In this document: positions 49,201 to 62,565 of the stretch, one piece after another | Position numbering within the stretch: the stretch's first letter is position 1 | Layout of the letters: each line of letters starts with the position of its first letter | From: Takakia lepidozioides | Lineage: Eukaryota; Plantae; Bryophyta | Direction of reading: 5' to 3' | Assembly: GCA_030704615.1 (NCBI GenBank) | Contig: CM060734.1 | Coordinates: 58,466,001 to 58,530,000, forward strand | DNA: 64,000 nucleotides | Notes under the pieces: generated by a model | The model's database searches: none | What the model was told of the DNA's origin: nothing | What the model saw: the letters and a program-made list of their open reading frames with translations, nothing else | Position numbers and translations under genes: made by a program

Positions 49201-50406
49201 CTAGAGAGCGGGAATTGCTTATACATAGACCTTTTCGCATGTTGCCAAATTTGACTCGATTAGGACATTATTATCTGTGGCAACCGTTGAAGATTCGGAA
49301 ATCACCCAATTTGATTGAAAACTGCGTTTCTGTATGAGATAAGTGAAGAGATTTACATGGATCTGGATTCGTTTGATCAGACAAGTCCCACATCGGTGTG
49401 TAGGCTGAAGAAATATTTGTAGGGCCTGAAGCAGGCTAGTAGAACCTGGAACAAATGATTCAACGTTTTTTTCACTACTCATGGCCCGAAGCCCAGCGAT
49501 GCCGATGTATACCACTCCGACAACCGTCGATTGTTGTTGGCAATATATGTGGATGATGGATTGATTTTCAACCTGAAAGAAAGCTCAGCAATTGACATTT
49601 TGACCCATATTGGGCAAAGCCTTCACGATTACTGGTCAAAGGAGTGCCCAAGGTGTATGTTGGTCTGCACATAACGAGGGATCGGTTCAATCAAACCATG
49701 AAGCTGGATCAGACGCAGTACAATTTTGAAGATTCTCAGAAGCACCATTGAGTTTGAATATATTGTTGGAGCTATGGCGGCTACCAAAGAAATTGTGTGG
49801 CACCCCGCCGTTTACTGTAGAGTATTGGTTTCCCACAACAAAAGATGAATGAATTGCAATTTTTACTTCAAAGTGTTTAAAGAACAGAGATGAGGCATGA
49901 ATGCCCCACAAAGGAGCCTAGAGAAAGGAAAAGAAGGAAAAAATAACTTAAAGCTCAAGAATGGCACCATCTGCCATTAGGCCAAGTTGTGGGCCTTCTC
50001 CATAAGGAGGTTCAATCAACACCTGCTTCATACCATTGATGAAGGTTCCTCTCCTCATGAGGATCGATACTCCAAAATCAGTTTACAAAAATTACTCCAG
50101 GGGTTTGGGTGGGTGGGATAATAAGTCAGGGAGCGAGGAGGCACAAGAAGTAAAATTTGCTGATAGTTCTTTGCTGCGCTAGTAGATCTCTTATAGCAGC
50201 TGTTCAATTGTTGATCTAGCTCTAGTCAAGCTCTATCATCATATCGATGTAACTACATCCCACTTCCGCACCTTCCCACTTTCCCACTACCTGATCAATG
50301 GTCATTGGTACAAACCTTTGACAAGAAATTTTGTAAGTTAATCATGTATTATTTACTACAAACTTTAAAATGTCACTTATTTCAATCGCTACATTTTTTT
50401 CACTTC

Positions 50407-53400
50407 GTAGTAACATAATTTGACTTCCTTAAAAATGGAATCGTCATATACTTTGACTGATAGAAGAGGCAGTAGGTTCAAAAATACTGACAGCCTTTCT
50501 GAGTAAGGAAAGACTTCATGTTCTTGAACTCTTCATCTTCCATTGTAGCTAGTGCAACCCACCCTGCACATCCCGCTGTACTCGAAGCTCATCAACATCG
50601 TCATTTGGAAATTGGCCCTAAACCCAATTTTCTAGTGACGGATAACTTGTGATCTAAATCAGCGGTGACATATGCATCTTTTGTCAGTTCTGATTTCCAT
50701 CTTCCATGACTTTTGAAAAGTCTATCAGGGATTTTAGAGTTTGGGTAGAAGCATGCTACAATGGCTCACTTTTGTTCAGTCTACTCTAATTTTCTCTGAT
50801 TTTTCATCTTCAAAAGACAACAGCTTAGTTTGTAAACCAATTTTGGGTGATCTCAAATTGAGTTGACAACAAAAGTAAATTGCAACACCTAATTTGAAGA
50901 TCCTATGAAAAAAGATATAAATGAGTTTAGACTGGACAAATTTTTCGCAAAGTGAGCCACTATAGCATGCTTCTGCCCGTTTGCAGCCCGAGAGGCACCA
51001 CCAGCGTAACCAGAATGAGTGCCAAACATTTGCGGATCTTCACCTATGGCAACAAGGCAAAACCTGAACCAGTCCCGAAGCGTTGAATAAGAGATGCCAC
51101 AACGTCGTAAACACATAGATTTCCCTTTGGTTACTACCAGTAATTCCTTGTAGCAAGAGGCCACCTTGAGAACCATCTATGGTTGTATAGTTCCCTAGTA
51201 TAAGTAGACATTCCATCAGTGCTACATGACAACAATCACCGCTCATGCGGGCAATCAATACCCAAGTGCCTACTCTATGCTGATCAATCTTGGACTTTTG
51301 AATAAAAAGCCGCATGTGTGAAGGGAAAATCTCATGCTGACGGACTTTGCTCCCACGAAGGAAGCCAGTAAAACATAGGGTTATTGAGACCACTCCCATA
51401 AGATTTAAGAGGTTACATTTGGCTAGGGCAAGCTTCTGAATGATGAAAAACATCATGAAGGTAGGATGGGTTTCTTTCTATTACTTCCTGAGCTAAGCGT
51501 TCGACGTGCCACTTCTCTGGCAATGCGGACCAACCGATAGTTTGTAGGAAAAGACATACCAGCAATATAATGAAAGAAAAATATTGCGGAAGAAGAAAGA
51601 AGAATCGGAGCAGGTGTGTTCGACGACTTTGTTAATTAGTAAGGTATTTAGACATATGAGTAATGGATCAGTTGGTAGGGCGGAAACCTTCTTAGTTTGA
51701 CACCACATATTAAAATTATGCCAAGGACTAGCGTAAGTTTTCAAGGTGGATCGAACTTTAGAAATATTATTTGAAAACATCTGCCGCAAGGTCTAAAGCT
51801 CTTGGATCAACAAGAGGTCTCGTAACCCATTCAGTTGAAGCGAGAATATCTGGAAAATATAGACACATACCTTGGTTAGAATTCGCAACGTAAACCGTAT
51901 ATTGAACTTGTCAACCGCGAGAATGGATGATTTAGAGCATCTAGATTGCTCGAAGCTTGATCTAGTGTGTCACCGCCCTTGGGAAAATAAATGAAATCTG
52001 CAATAAAATTGGCCTATACATCTGTGGAGATTCGCAGGAGAGGCCACCATGGTGCTGATTGCCATTCGAACACCACCAGGGACATAGAACCATTTTCATG
52101 GGTCTTTTAGTTTTGAACAATCTCACAGTGCTTCCTCGTCCACTTGGCGAGAATTATTTGCGCTTTTCTCATTTTTAGATGCTTACGGTCACCTCCTTTC
52201 CCATCTTCTATAGTGGCTAGGTGTGACTCATTAAACATCTTTCACATTATTTTGTCGGGAGGCTATCGCCATTTACATCTACATAATTCATGTTTTCAAG
52301 TTTATCTTTCTTGTTTCAAACACTCTATTAGACTAGAACCCTAGTGGATCCCTAGATCTGAAAATGAATGGCTGATTACCTTTCAAAAATTAGAGACTTC
52401 GATAATTTTTCTCTCTCCCCCAATAATTTTGCTTTGATCGAATCTAGATGGGGTCCCCATCATGTAGATAGATTTGCTAACTCCGTAAATACTCAACTTC
52501 CTGAATTCAATTATTGGCATTAGGTTAAGGGTAGTAGTATAAGTCATGATGCTTTCACACATGATTGGAGCCTTACAAATAATTATTGTTTTCCTCCGCC
52601 ATCCCTAGTTTCTTTAACACTTAGGCATGCTTCCCAATGTCATGAGTGGCTCAGAATTTTGTGGATAAAAGAGAAACCCAAGTGGAGAATTCAGTCCGAG
52701 CCAACCGTATAAAGTAATGAAACCCTGCCAACATGATCTAGTCAACAAATCTGCATGAAGGTGGAAGGTCAATAATCTACAATGGGGTCCTAGAACTAAT
52801 GCCATAGGAGATAACATGCCTAGGATAGAAGCTAAAAGTCTGGAAGTGCATCTAGAAAGTTTAAGACACCTATGAATAACATTAATTAATTTATCTTGAC
52901 GAGTTTTTGTAATCGAGAAGCGACCAAAAAGAGCTGAAGTGTCTATAGTGAAACCCAAAAAGTTTGCTTGGTGAGAGCACTACAACTGGCATTATTGCAA
53001 GCCACTAAAAAACCAGCTGATCGGAGATAAAAAAAAACCTGATATCTAGTAGAATAAATTCAGAAGATGACTGGCAGGTGAAAAGAAAATCATCTAGGTA
53101 CGGGATGCACCGGAAGCCGTGGGAACGCCATAAACGAAACATTTGTATTGAATGATTTTGTGAAGACATAACATGCGGTAGCTACCCTAAATTCAAAACC
53201 GAGATAGATAAAAAGCGGGGGTGGATGTCAATATGATGGTAACCAGACTTAAGATCGAAGGTAAAAATATAGTCGTTGACGCGACAAATGGATTCTACTG
53301 AGGTAATGTGTTCAAAACCTAAGGTATGTAAAAGAGTTGAGAACTCTAAGGTCAAGAATCAAACGAAATTTTCCATTGGCCTTGGGCACAACTCCAAGAG

Positions 53401-54222
53401 GTGAGCAGAAGAAAGGCTTAAGGGGAGAGACCAGCACCAGTTGAAACTAAAGCTGCGATTGCTTCTGTCACAAAAGAAGAAAATTTAAAAACTGAGGCAT
53501 GGTTCTTGCCAATCCATGGGTCAGTAGGTGGCCTTAAAAGCCATGGTAATTGATAGCCACAAGAAATCCAAGCGAGGATGCAAAAAGTTCTCCATAAAGG
53601 GAGAGCCTTCCTAAGGCGGTGACACACTTGTGAGCCTTGAGCTGAAGAGGTAGAGAATCATATTCAGACTTAAAAGAAGTTATATCTGCAGTATATAGAT
53701 TAAAAAACATCATTAGGTGAGGAGGATAGAGTCTGGAATTTTTTTTGTATTTAACTAAGTTCCTCCGATAGTCCATTGATCGACATTTACACTAGAAAAA
53801 GAACTATATAGATACTACGTTAAACACCTACGGTCTTGCCGGCTGATAGTCCATCGATCGACAATTACACTAGAAAAAAAGAACTCTATAGATACTACGT
53901 TAAACACCTACGGTCTTGCCTGCTGGAAAAAATTTACACGAGTTATTGCCCGGATACCATTGTGCCCCACATAAGGTCCATGTGGAATATTTCCCCCACG
54001 CATAGGTGATGTAGGTGTGCCAACTTGATTCGCAAAAATGCACACGGAGGCCTTATGACCCGAGGTCCCACAAATCAAGCAATTTCCCTAGAAACTCTGA
54101 GAGAAATTCTGATTTAGACGTCCTTGATGTCTAGAGTAAAATTCTTGTCGTCGTCTCCGGGAACATAATTGTAGTAACATAATTTGATTTCCTTAAAAAT
54201 GGAATCGTCATACACCTTGACT
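50407..54222 (-). mobile_element. DIRS-group (PAT/Ngaro-like) tyrosine-recombinase retrotransposon, decayed
   Basis: RT: PLGVVPK..KFRLILDLR, FDLKSGYHHI, YLDDF, FLGFTID; WQSAPWWP; YR: STLKTY, GFLR, KSKIDQ, FGTHS..GGAS, HGRWKS..AYV; 52-bp direct repeats at 50407-50458 and 54171-54222. Confidence 0.85.
50743..50978. mobile_element. 236-bp MITE with GGG..CCC ends and 4-bp TSD (Sola2-like)
   Basis: ~30-bp TIR GGG(T/C)AGAAGCATGCTA..GGCTCACTTT; GTTT on both sides; removing it restores the YR frame. Confidence 0.85.
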
Positions 54223-55106
54223 TGTGAAGAATGAGTTCCACTGCCTCACCAAGCACATCAACATTGTTTTTCATATCATTCAAGAGAAGTATGAAGAAGG
54301 CCAGATCAATGTGACCTACATATGCGCCAGTGATGACTAGATTGCCGATGTGCTCACAAAGCCTCTGCCAACCGCAAAAACTCCTTGGATTAATAGCAGT
54401 TCTATGTTGTTGATAAGAAAGACTACCCCATATGTCGAGTGGGAGTTTTGGAGGAGATTTTTGCTACTACATATGGATAGTCTCACAAGAGGCCATCCAT
54501 TCGACTAAACCAGTGCCAACTTAATAAGAGGTCACCGCACCACCGCACCTACTAGCGGTGATTTAACTAGAACTCCTACAGATGAGCAATACTACTAGGA
54601 TGGGAGAAGTAGTGGCCTACAACTCTTTATAGAAGGTGCTGGTGGGGAGCGATCATTACTCTCTCTCTCTCATTGCCTTGTGATCAGCGCTCTCTTGCAC
54701 GTAGCGGGGAAGCTGCTCTCTATGTACTTGTAAGTTGTAAGTTGTGTGAGCTATAGATTGTTTGATCGGTATTATGTAGTCTCTGGGTTGGATGCGTGAA
54801 GTAGCAGCAGTTAGTTAGTTCGCCTGTAGAGTCAGCGTTGTATTCCTTGACACGAGCAATACTAAGTCTGGTTACTGGTAAAAGATCGTGTCATTTGTCT
54901 TCCGGGTGGGCTGAACTTGATTAAGCATATTCAAAAAACCCAACGTAAATAAGATCAGCGGCTTCCCCAGAGAAGCTGCAGAATAGCGGTTACCACGGAG
55001 GTATGCCCAGACCGCAACTTTCTGTCTCGCTCTCAAGTTCTGCTCAAACTGGTCGTGAGCTGGTCTATGCCCACAAGGCTACCACAAACAAAGTCTTATG
55101 ATTACC

Positions 55107-55150
55107 TTCTCTCTCTCTCTCTCTCACATACACACACACACACACACACA
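55107..55150. repeat. (CT)n(CA)n microsatellite
   Basis: Direct inspection. Confidence 0.9.
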
Positions 55151-55324
55151 TCCCATACACAAGATGCAGACTACTAGAGGCTGTCATAATCGTACTAGGG
55201 GTCCGCTCTTCACTCAGAAAAATCTCCCACATGGAATCACAAGGGGTCGGATTGATCGAGGACTTCAATCGACTCAAGGCTCTACAGCTATGTACACCCG
55301 AAAATATTTACACAAAGGGGATGT

Positions 55325-56959
55325 CTAGTCTGATTCCAAGTTAGACTTGAACTTTTGAAGTAGGTAGTCTACAGTGATGTCAAATGCATCTTTACTCTCC
55401 ACAACATGCACTCCAGGTTTTCTGTAGATTATTTGCGGTAAAATTTCAATGATCTTTTCCTGCATAGCAACGATGGTTTCTTGCGAGATCTGAGTCAGGT
55501 GCTCCATCACATTGAACTGGCCTTTAACCACCTCCTCCCCGGAAAATAGAACAGAGTAGCTGCTCCCATCATGGGGGAGATGCCACAGATATTGTTTATA
55601 AGCAGAAGACGGATCGAAGAAGACGGGTATACTCCCGGCCACCATACAATCAAACACAGCTTTCCGGGTTGGGCTATCGCCCGGGGGTTGCAGGCAGAAT
55701 ATCGAGCGAAGCGACAGTCCAGTAACAGTTTGTGGGTTCTTCACACACTTGTCATAGGTACAGAGGAGGAGAGAGCAGGCTGAACTGTTTGAGCATTGGT
55801 CCATGAGCTCTCCTCGAAGAGACCGCTCCTGATTCTGTTGCCTTGGGGACCCGGCAAACGAAACCAATATGTCTCTCTTTGAGCTTCTCACAGTAGCTTG
55901 CCATGCTCGAATTTGATCGTTTGTAGAAGGGTGAAAGGCTGTTGGATACGGAACCGCCATTTCATCATTGACCCAGGGATTTCTTTCTATTGAGAGCTTT
56001 GTGACGTTCTCCATCTCAGGAATAGACAATAATGAATTGCCCCAGCCTGTTTCCACCTCTTCCTGCCTGCGGAAGTCCCACACAATACGCCCCAGGACAA
56101 GCACATGATTTTTACCCCCGTAGCGCTTCCAATGTGGGTGACCTTGCAGCCATCCCACCATCCTCTGGCTCAGACGATCCCGTACTTGCATCCAGGGTGA
56201 ATGTATATGCCGTATCAAATCGAGCGCGGGGTAGAATGGAAGGTATAAAATTGTGGCCTCTTCGGGGTTAGTGGTGAGGCAAGTGTAGGTCTTCAGTCTT
56301 TCATGAAACATAATCTCCAAATTGAATTGGTCTGTATGGAACCAAGCATCGTGAGGTAGGAGGACATCATATAGTGAGTCGTTCTTTGGCAACTGAAATT
56401 GCCGCCCAAGCCCTCGGTTCTCAAGATTGTCACACATATCTTCCCATCCTGACACACCCACACAGTCCTCTACCAGAAGTTGGTTGTATTGTGGGGGCAA
56501 GTCGTAAATGTAGATATGCCGGCCCGAACAATCCCCATTCTTCCTGATCATAGTGTCCAGATGATCTCTTCTTGAAGCCTCCGATTGTGAGACGAGGAAA
56601 GAATGCCTAGCTTGTAGAAGTAGCTCATCCACTCCAATGAAAACATACAAAATCACAAACACACTTAGTGCAATACCGACAGCAATGGACCACCTCCTCC
56701 CTGCACTCTTGTGCTTTGCAGAGTCCACAACGTCCTTTCGTGCCTGCAATAATATCACCCACCACTCCAAAGCTGTCCGAATCCCTCTGTCGACCTCCTT
56801 AAGTTTGCAACTCGTCTTCATGGAACTGTACGCATTCCAACAACACTGACGTGACGTTCCAATATCTCGGTACTGACTTCTTGGCATCACGGGGTTGAAT
56901 TCTGGAGGTTTATTTCTAGGGAACCGTACAAAACGTACACAAGTCTCTTCCTCCTTCAA
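55325..56959 (-). CDS. GT47 exostosin-family glycosyltransferase (xyloglucan galactosyltransferase MUR3/XLT2-like); true start uncertain
   Basis: Type II TM helix, IYIYDLP, TDQFNLE..FHERL, FCLQPPGDSPTRKAVFD, AGSIPVFF, QYLWHLP; uninterrupted 544 aa. Confidence 0.92.
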   Translation of the reverse strand: MKEEETCVRFVRFPRNKPPEFNPVMPRSQYRDIGTSRQCCWNAYSSMKTSCKLKEVDRGIRTALEWWVILLQARKDVVDSAKHKSAGRRWSIAVGIALSVFVILYVFIGVDELLLQARHSFLVSQSEASRRDHLDTMIRKNGDCSGRHIYIYDLPPQYNQLLVEDCVGVSGWEDMCDNLENRGLGRQFQLPKNDSLYDVLLPHDAWFHTDQFNLEIMFHERLKTYTCLTTNPEEATILYLPFYPALDLIRHIHSPWMQVRDRLSQRMVGWLQGHPHWKRYGGKNHVLVLGRIVWDFRRQEEVETGWGNSLLSIPEMENVTKLSIERNPWVNDEMAVPYPTAFHPSTNDQIRAWQATVRSSKRDILVSFAGSPRQQNQERSLRGELMDQCSNSSACSLLLCTYDKCVKNPQTVTGLSLRSIFCLQPPGDSPTRKAVFDCMVAGSIPVFFDPSSAYKQYLWHLPHDGSSYSVLFSGEEVVKGQFNVMEHLTQISQETIVAMQEKIIEILPQIIYRKPGVHVVESKDAFDITVDYLLQKFKSNLESD

Positions 56960-59038
56960 AGTGACTGCTGCATCATCTGTTCAAAGTAAGAAATTGGAAT
57001 ACAAATGAAGCAATTTCCAGAACAGCTAGTTTAAATCCTACAGTGATAAATGGAGGGAGAGACAAGGAGCAGAAGCGAAGCATTTCCAGGTGCTCTTCAA
57101 GTCATGATTGTGGAAACAGACACTCCCCCTGATTTAGAGAAGACAACTCCAGACTCGGACTGAGAGGGACATACAGAGACGGATTCTACCACCCCCTTCT
57201 TCTTCTTCTTCTACCCACCTCCATTGCGGTCAAACCCAACACCGAGTTTGTGCCACGACACTACCAAATATAACACATTCTCCACCACAGCCAAAATTCG
57301 TCCACATTCATTGCTGGCCTTGTGTTTTTATTTATTTTTGTTACTATGGGAGGGAATAAAGTAAGCCCATTGACACTTTTACTGTGTAATTTCAAGAAAA
57401 TTGTTTGTTTTTACTTTCCATACCCCAAAAAATAAACAGTGCAGTTTTAATCTCCATACCCAGAAATATGAGGAGCTTGGTATTGAGGCATCACTAAGTT
57501 TGGAGTAGAGTCAACCCTGTAGCCCTTGCGTGTAAGAAGAACACTTGCACAAAAGAACCACCAAAATGTGGTGGAGGTCCTTCATTGCACTAATTTGCTC
57601 AGTACACATGCTCATGCTCAAATGTGGGCTTTAAATGGAAAACCTTTTGCCAAAATATAATGTCCAAATTGACCGTTATAAAATAAGAAGGATAAATCTG
57701 AAGGAAAATGAATATGATGGAATTGCAAGTGAGAGATTCGGAAGGGATAAATCTGAAATGAACTGAACATAAAAGGATTCCAAGAGATGGGAAATTATTC
57801 TCCATTTCAAATCCGTTATCTTTCCTTTTCTTACCACTAGTGTGGCCTTGAGCGCGTAATATAAGTTTATAAGTATTTCAACTTTAAAAGATATTGTAAA
57901 CGGCAACATTCCACTAAAACCCAATTCGTTTTTTCTCATGAATTTTCAATGACGAAAAATACTTGAGATTCTTCCCCTTGCAGGTCCAAAAAATATGAAA
58001 CTGCCCGAGGGCTTTCCAGCTGTATCGAGAATCCGGGCAGATGCCTTGCCGTTTGGGAGATCTCAACGTAGGAACAAAACAAACTACCTTGCTTAATATA
58101 TTGACTACACTCACAAAATACAGTAATGAATAGTCCTGAGATGATTCTCATATGTATATCACAGAGGGGATGAAAGGGTGGTGATAGTAGATGGATGAAT
58201 CTTAAACATTTGAAGAAGTTCTTTACTACAAGTGGGTATTTGAAGGCATCATCTTGACAAGTAGGTAAAGGTTGGGGAAGGTACATGAAGAGAAGAGAAA
58301 AGCAGCAATGCATGCATGGTCTCTCCTCACATTTAGGGAGGGCAATAAAAAAACAAAGAATATGGAATTGTCTGTGCCTGAAAAGCCAAAGTGCTGCAGG
58401 AATCTAGAAGCCCATGGATTGATTTGGGAATAGTCTCCGATTTGGTATATATAGTGCAGTAATTAAGTTCTCAGTTCAATTGATCGCATATATTGTTAGT
58501 TTTGCAATGTGAGACAGACATAGACAGACAGACATGGGGAGGGTAGTGAGACGTGAGAGATGCTGCAGCCATGCACAAGAGGAAAGAATAACCTCTGGGC
58601 CCGTGAAAGGCGAGTACACATGGGGCACCAAGAACAGCGCGAAGGAGCTCCAACAGGAACCAGAGCTAACTTAGAAAGGGATGGCGCAGAAAAAGCAGCC
58701 GCTCAAAAGCGCAAGGAAACTAGCAATCCCGAACACGAAAGAACTATGAAGCCACATCAAACGTCCCCAGAAAAATCTAGCTGAGGCTTGACGTGGGGGG
58801 ATCCTGCGTTTGGGGTGACGCCAGTTCACCTCATCCTCTGCTGGGGACTTGCCATGAATCGGAGATAGTTATCTACTTTTAGTCAAAATTTCGGACAACT
58901 TCAGCACGCAAAACAGAGTTAGTATATTGATGCGGTATATTTGATTTTGCCGAGATTTGAACAACCGAATGCTGTCAAAGCTGCTGTGTGCACTCTGATC
59001 ATCACTCATGTGGCTCAACTGTGTGTGACAAGGGCCCA

Positions 59039-60215
59039 TCAGGGAGGGGACAGATGCGTCGTCCGCCTTGTCCCTCCTGTAAAAACTCTCTCAGCCTGCA
59101 GGGACATCCAATCGTCGAGGTGTGGGTAGCTCTCCACAAGCCCCTTATACGGAGCACCTCGGAGGTCAAGAAGTAGAGACTGCGGGTTGTTGAAGTTTGC
59201 CTCGATCGCACGTCTAACTATCGCTTCCGAGTTGCATTTTAAGCCCACATCAAGAATGGTCAAATTGCTATTCTGGTTGATATCTACGTTGCCCTCCACA
59301 TACTGCTCACATTGTTTCTTCGGGGCTGCAACTTCATATTCCGTTGCCAACACCAGGAGGTCCTTCCACATGTGCGGGAGGCGAGTGGGAGACACGGATG
59401 CCCGGTAGAAGTAGTCGACAAATGCTTCGAACACATCCTCCTTGTGGGTAACATTGCTACTGTCTGTACATCCTGGCGGAGACAGTAAGATCAGATCACT
59501 TGACTGCCATTCGAGCTCTGATTACCCGCGATTTAGCTGCCTGGACCGACCCAGAAGGAAAAAATACAAGATGAATTCCATAGTCTTCACCTATAAATGG
59601 ACAGAGGAACAGTGCACGACGCAGTAAAAATGGTGATCACACCAGTTAGACTAGCACACTAGCTGAGAAAAGGTGAAATCGAAGCTGCAATTGCACACAG
59701 ATTTTAGACAGCACATTACTTCAGTAGACCTCGTGAACAAAAATGAACTGCCTCAATAACATGCATTGGTGGAGATGTAGAGAATTCCTTCTTAGTTCTT
59801 ATCCTCCATACGTCTGCGCTAGTGAAATCAAGCTAGGCTGTGGATCGCCCTTGTGTAAATTGCATCTCGTTCTGTTGACATATTTGCCACGTAATAGCTG
59901 TATCCTAGCACGCGGCCATCATGGTACGCTGAAGGCTCCAAGGCATGTAGCCAGGTTCTCGCGTAAAACCGAGTTTAAAAAAGGCGACCTGCTCGCACAG
60001 AAAGATATTCGGTGCTCCTGCGCAGCCACCTTCCGTTCCCACATCCCATCCCGATCTGAGTTCGCCCCTTCAGCGCTCGTGGCTGCAGTGAGTGGGGTAT
60101 GGCAATTGACGTCGCGGCCTTCATGACTTGCAGCGGTCATGGAGCCTTCGGTTGTCCCGTTACCTGCCATAGCTGCCCAGAGTACAAGCACGAGCTGTTC
60201 ACTGCTGCACGCCAC
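59039..60215 (-). CDS. Probable BTB/POZ-domain gene; exon structure uncertain, possibly degenerate
   Basis: ASRSPFLNSVL; FEAFVDYFY..LLVLATEYEV..KKQCEQY; AG acceptor near 59473. Confidence 0.6.
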
Positions 60216-61519
60216 TCCCTCGAATCAGTCTGTATATATGTTAACTTAGTTTTTGTCCTAAGTTAGTATTCTTTTGATCAGATGTACAGTAACAACTAAC
60301 GACATTGATGAAAGCGGCTGATCTGCTGACAGTTACTCGATACTGACCGAATTCCACAGCTAGCATGGAAAAGCCAATCACTAATTGCACAGTGAAGAGC
60401 CAACCCTCCACCGGTGCGCTGCATGTTTTGTTTTTGGCGAAAAATCGCCCAATGGTGACCTCAAAACATTAAAATGGAATATTCTGTCATAAATTCCCAA
60501 TTTTTTGTCCTATTTTCCCAGCCCTATTCCTGCGGCCTTATTCTCCTCCTATGCCTATAATAGTTCCCGACTATGCAGGTTCGGCAACTGCCAAACCTGC
60601 TTTTTCCGAACTGAGGGCAAACTTCTAGGCCACATTATGATGCAGCACCCGAGCGCACTTTTCGACATGAAAAACAGTCAAAATTAGGTCGGGAAGGGCT
60701 AAATTCTAGGAATATTCCCTAAAAATTGCTCTGCTCATGCTTACATGTGCTCCTGCTCATGCTCACCGCTCATGCAAAGTACACACCCTTGAATCTGGGC
60801 TGACGGGTTGTTTGATCAAGATGAAATGTTAGATCTATCCCGGTGGGTGTGAAACAAGGCCCTGTTTTTGGTATCAGAGTTGCTGATCGCGGCCATTCAA
60901 GTTCAAGTTGGCAGACCAGAGGGCTGCCGATTTAGTGACACAATGGATGCACAGCTCTAACTATACTACACATGGACTATACTACACATGGACCAGACAT
61001 TGGTGATTTGGTCTTACGTATAGAGAGTTTTGGTCGCATCTCACTTGTAGGTTTGAATCCACTGTCTCTTTACTGTACACCAGGAGATATAGCAATCCGT
61101 ATCGTGCACACGGGTGGAGGAACTTACGCTAAAACATGGATTCTTGCTAAGGATATAGGAGGATGATTCTATCCAAATTTTCAATGGATGAACATAATAT
61201 ATAGCTATTTCTTGTAAAACTTAATAGCCACTCGTGCTATTTTTCAAATTTTAAAAACAAATCACTGTATAATAATCCATGGGTGTCCGAGGTGGAACTT
61301 CCCGCTCGCTTTAAGTTCTTGTGAGGACCCAAGTGGTTCTGGTAGAGAGGGGGCATAGCATAGAATAGAGAGACAGGGTTTTTTTTAAGGTTTTTGAAAA
61401 GGGGTAGGCAGTGCAAGTGGCCCACTTTAGATAATTTTCCTCCAATTGGTAGGCTACATGTATTTCCACTCTTGTGGTATTCTGCGAATCAAATGGATGT
61501 TGATGAGCAATAGAAGTCG

Positions 61520-61775
61520 AAGTAAAAAATAAAAAATAAAAAAGGAAACACCCGGGAGCCACAGCTCACACATCAGGCCCCTTAATAGTGAGAGGAGAAA
61601 ATAACCTCTTTCAACCGCGCCATGGAGGCGTATAAGTGGGACAGCGCCCCGGGAAGGGGGAGAAGAGAATACCGGGGAGAAGAGAATACCACACCGGTCA
61701 AGTAGCACGATTTGACCCCAGAATCATCTGGGTATCACTCAGTGCACTAACCAACTGAGCTACTGACTGTTGGTA
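61520..61775 (-). mobile_element. tRNA-derived SINE, third copy
   Basis: Head TAGCTCAGTTGGTTAGTGCA..GGGTCAAATC; body homologous to 21555-21790. Confidence 0.75.
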
Positions 61776-62565
61776 ACTCTTTCTATGTGAAAACCACAGT
61801 TGCAGACTCAAAGCTCAAAGCTAGACAGGCGAGCGGCAGAAACGGAGCAGGCCAACAGCTTTATTTGGATCACCTCATTTGGCTGCAGGTTGACAATGAC
61901 AAAATTCGATCAATACATATCGAGGGCTTCCATCCCTTTCAAAAACTAAATAAAACAAAAATCGATCAAAAGTCAGTTGCCACCTTTCTCGTCGTGAGCA
62001 TATCTAGACTGGCCCCCCTACATGATTCCATTGCCAGCTGCTGTTGGCAGAGTAAGCGAATTTAGTCTAAAGCCCTCTTCACCTTCTCAACAGCCATCAT
62101 CTCTCCATCTCTCCTTGGTCAACATCTGAGAGACAACTGATGGTTCACAAAATCTCCCAGCCCCACTTTATCAATCCACTAACCGCTTCTTCCTTCTCCT
62201 CGGATTTACAGATTGCGAGTCACTCCTCTCATTCTTCTAGAGTACAGTGATAATAAAGTTGTCATAGCTAGCTACTGATTTGATTGGGCCTTATCAAGGA
62301 TCTTAGATTAAAACAAATCTTAAAGAGAGATGTTTGTCTAAAGCCACCAGATTTTTCCTAATCCAATCTCGATGTTGGCTTCATGGATTCTTTATCTTTT
62401 AAGTGTAGAATGACTTAGGAAGAGTCTAACAAACTCTGCAAATAGCTTTCCATTGCCTTCACTATGTTGACCTCTATCCAGGCTTACATAAATTAAACGA
62501 GATCATGAATCTTTCAACCTCACGTACGAGTTGACTGCTAAAATTCATATTGCATGGTGCTTGTT

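Larger units (their letters stand above)
43495..54945 (+). mobile_element. Fragmented Ty1/Copia element(s) carrying nested insertions
   Basis: IN 43495-43730; RTKLDAKSQKGVLMGYS 46150-46300; CKWVYKLK ~46860; RT (GLKQASRTW, YVDDG) 49260-49570; RNase H 49740-49810 and 54220-54370 (TKHI..IADVLTKPL); PPT gagtgggag ~54437; LTR-like 54445-54945. Confidence 0.72.

Noticed and set aside
53766-53925. ~80-bp tandem duplication in the YR element leader
   Set aside because: Real, but a simple two-copy slippage with no further evidence of function
60868-60882. tRNA-Met PBS-like TGGTATCAGAG
   Set aside because: No adjacent LTR pair or gag could be supported
61700-61775. Functional tRNA gene
   Set aside because: A and B boxes are present, but no convincing acceptor or T stem; attached to a repeated SINE body
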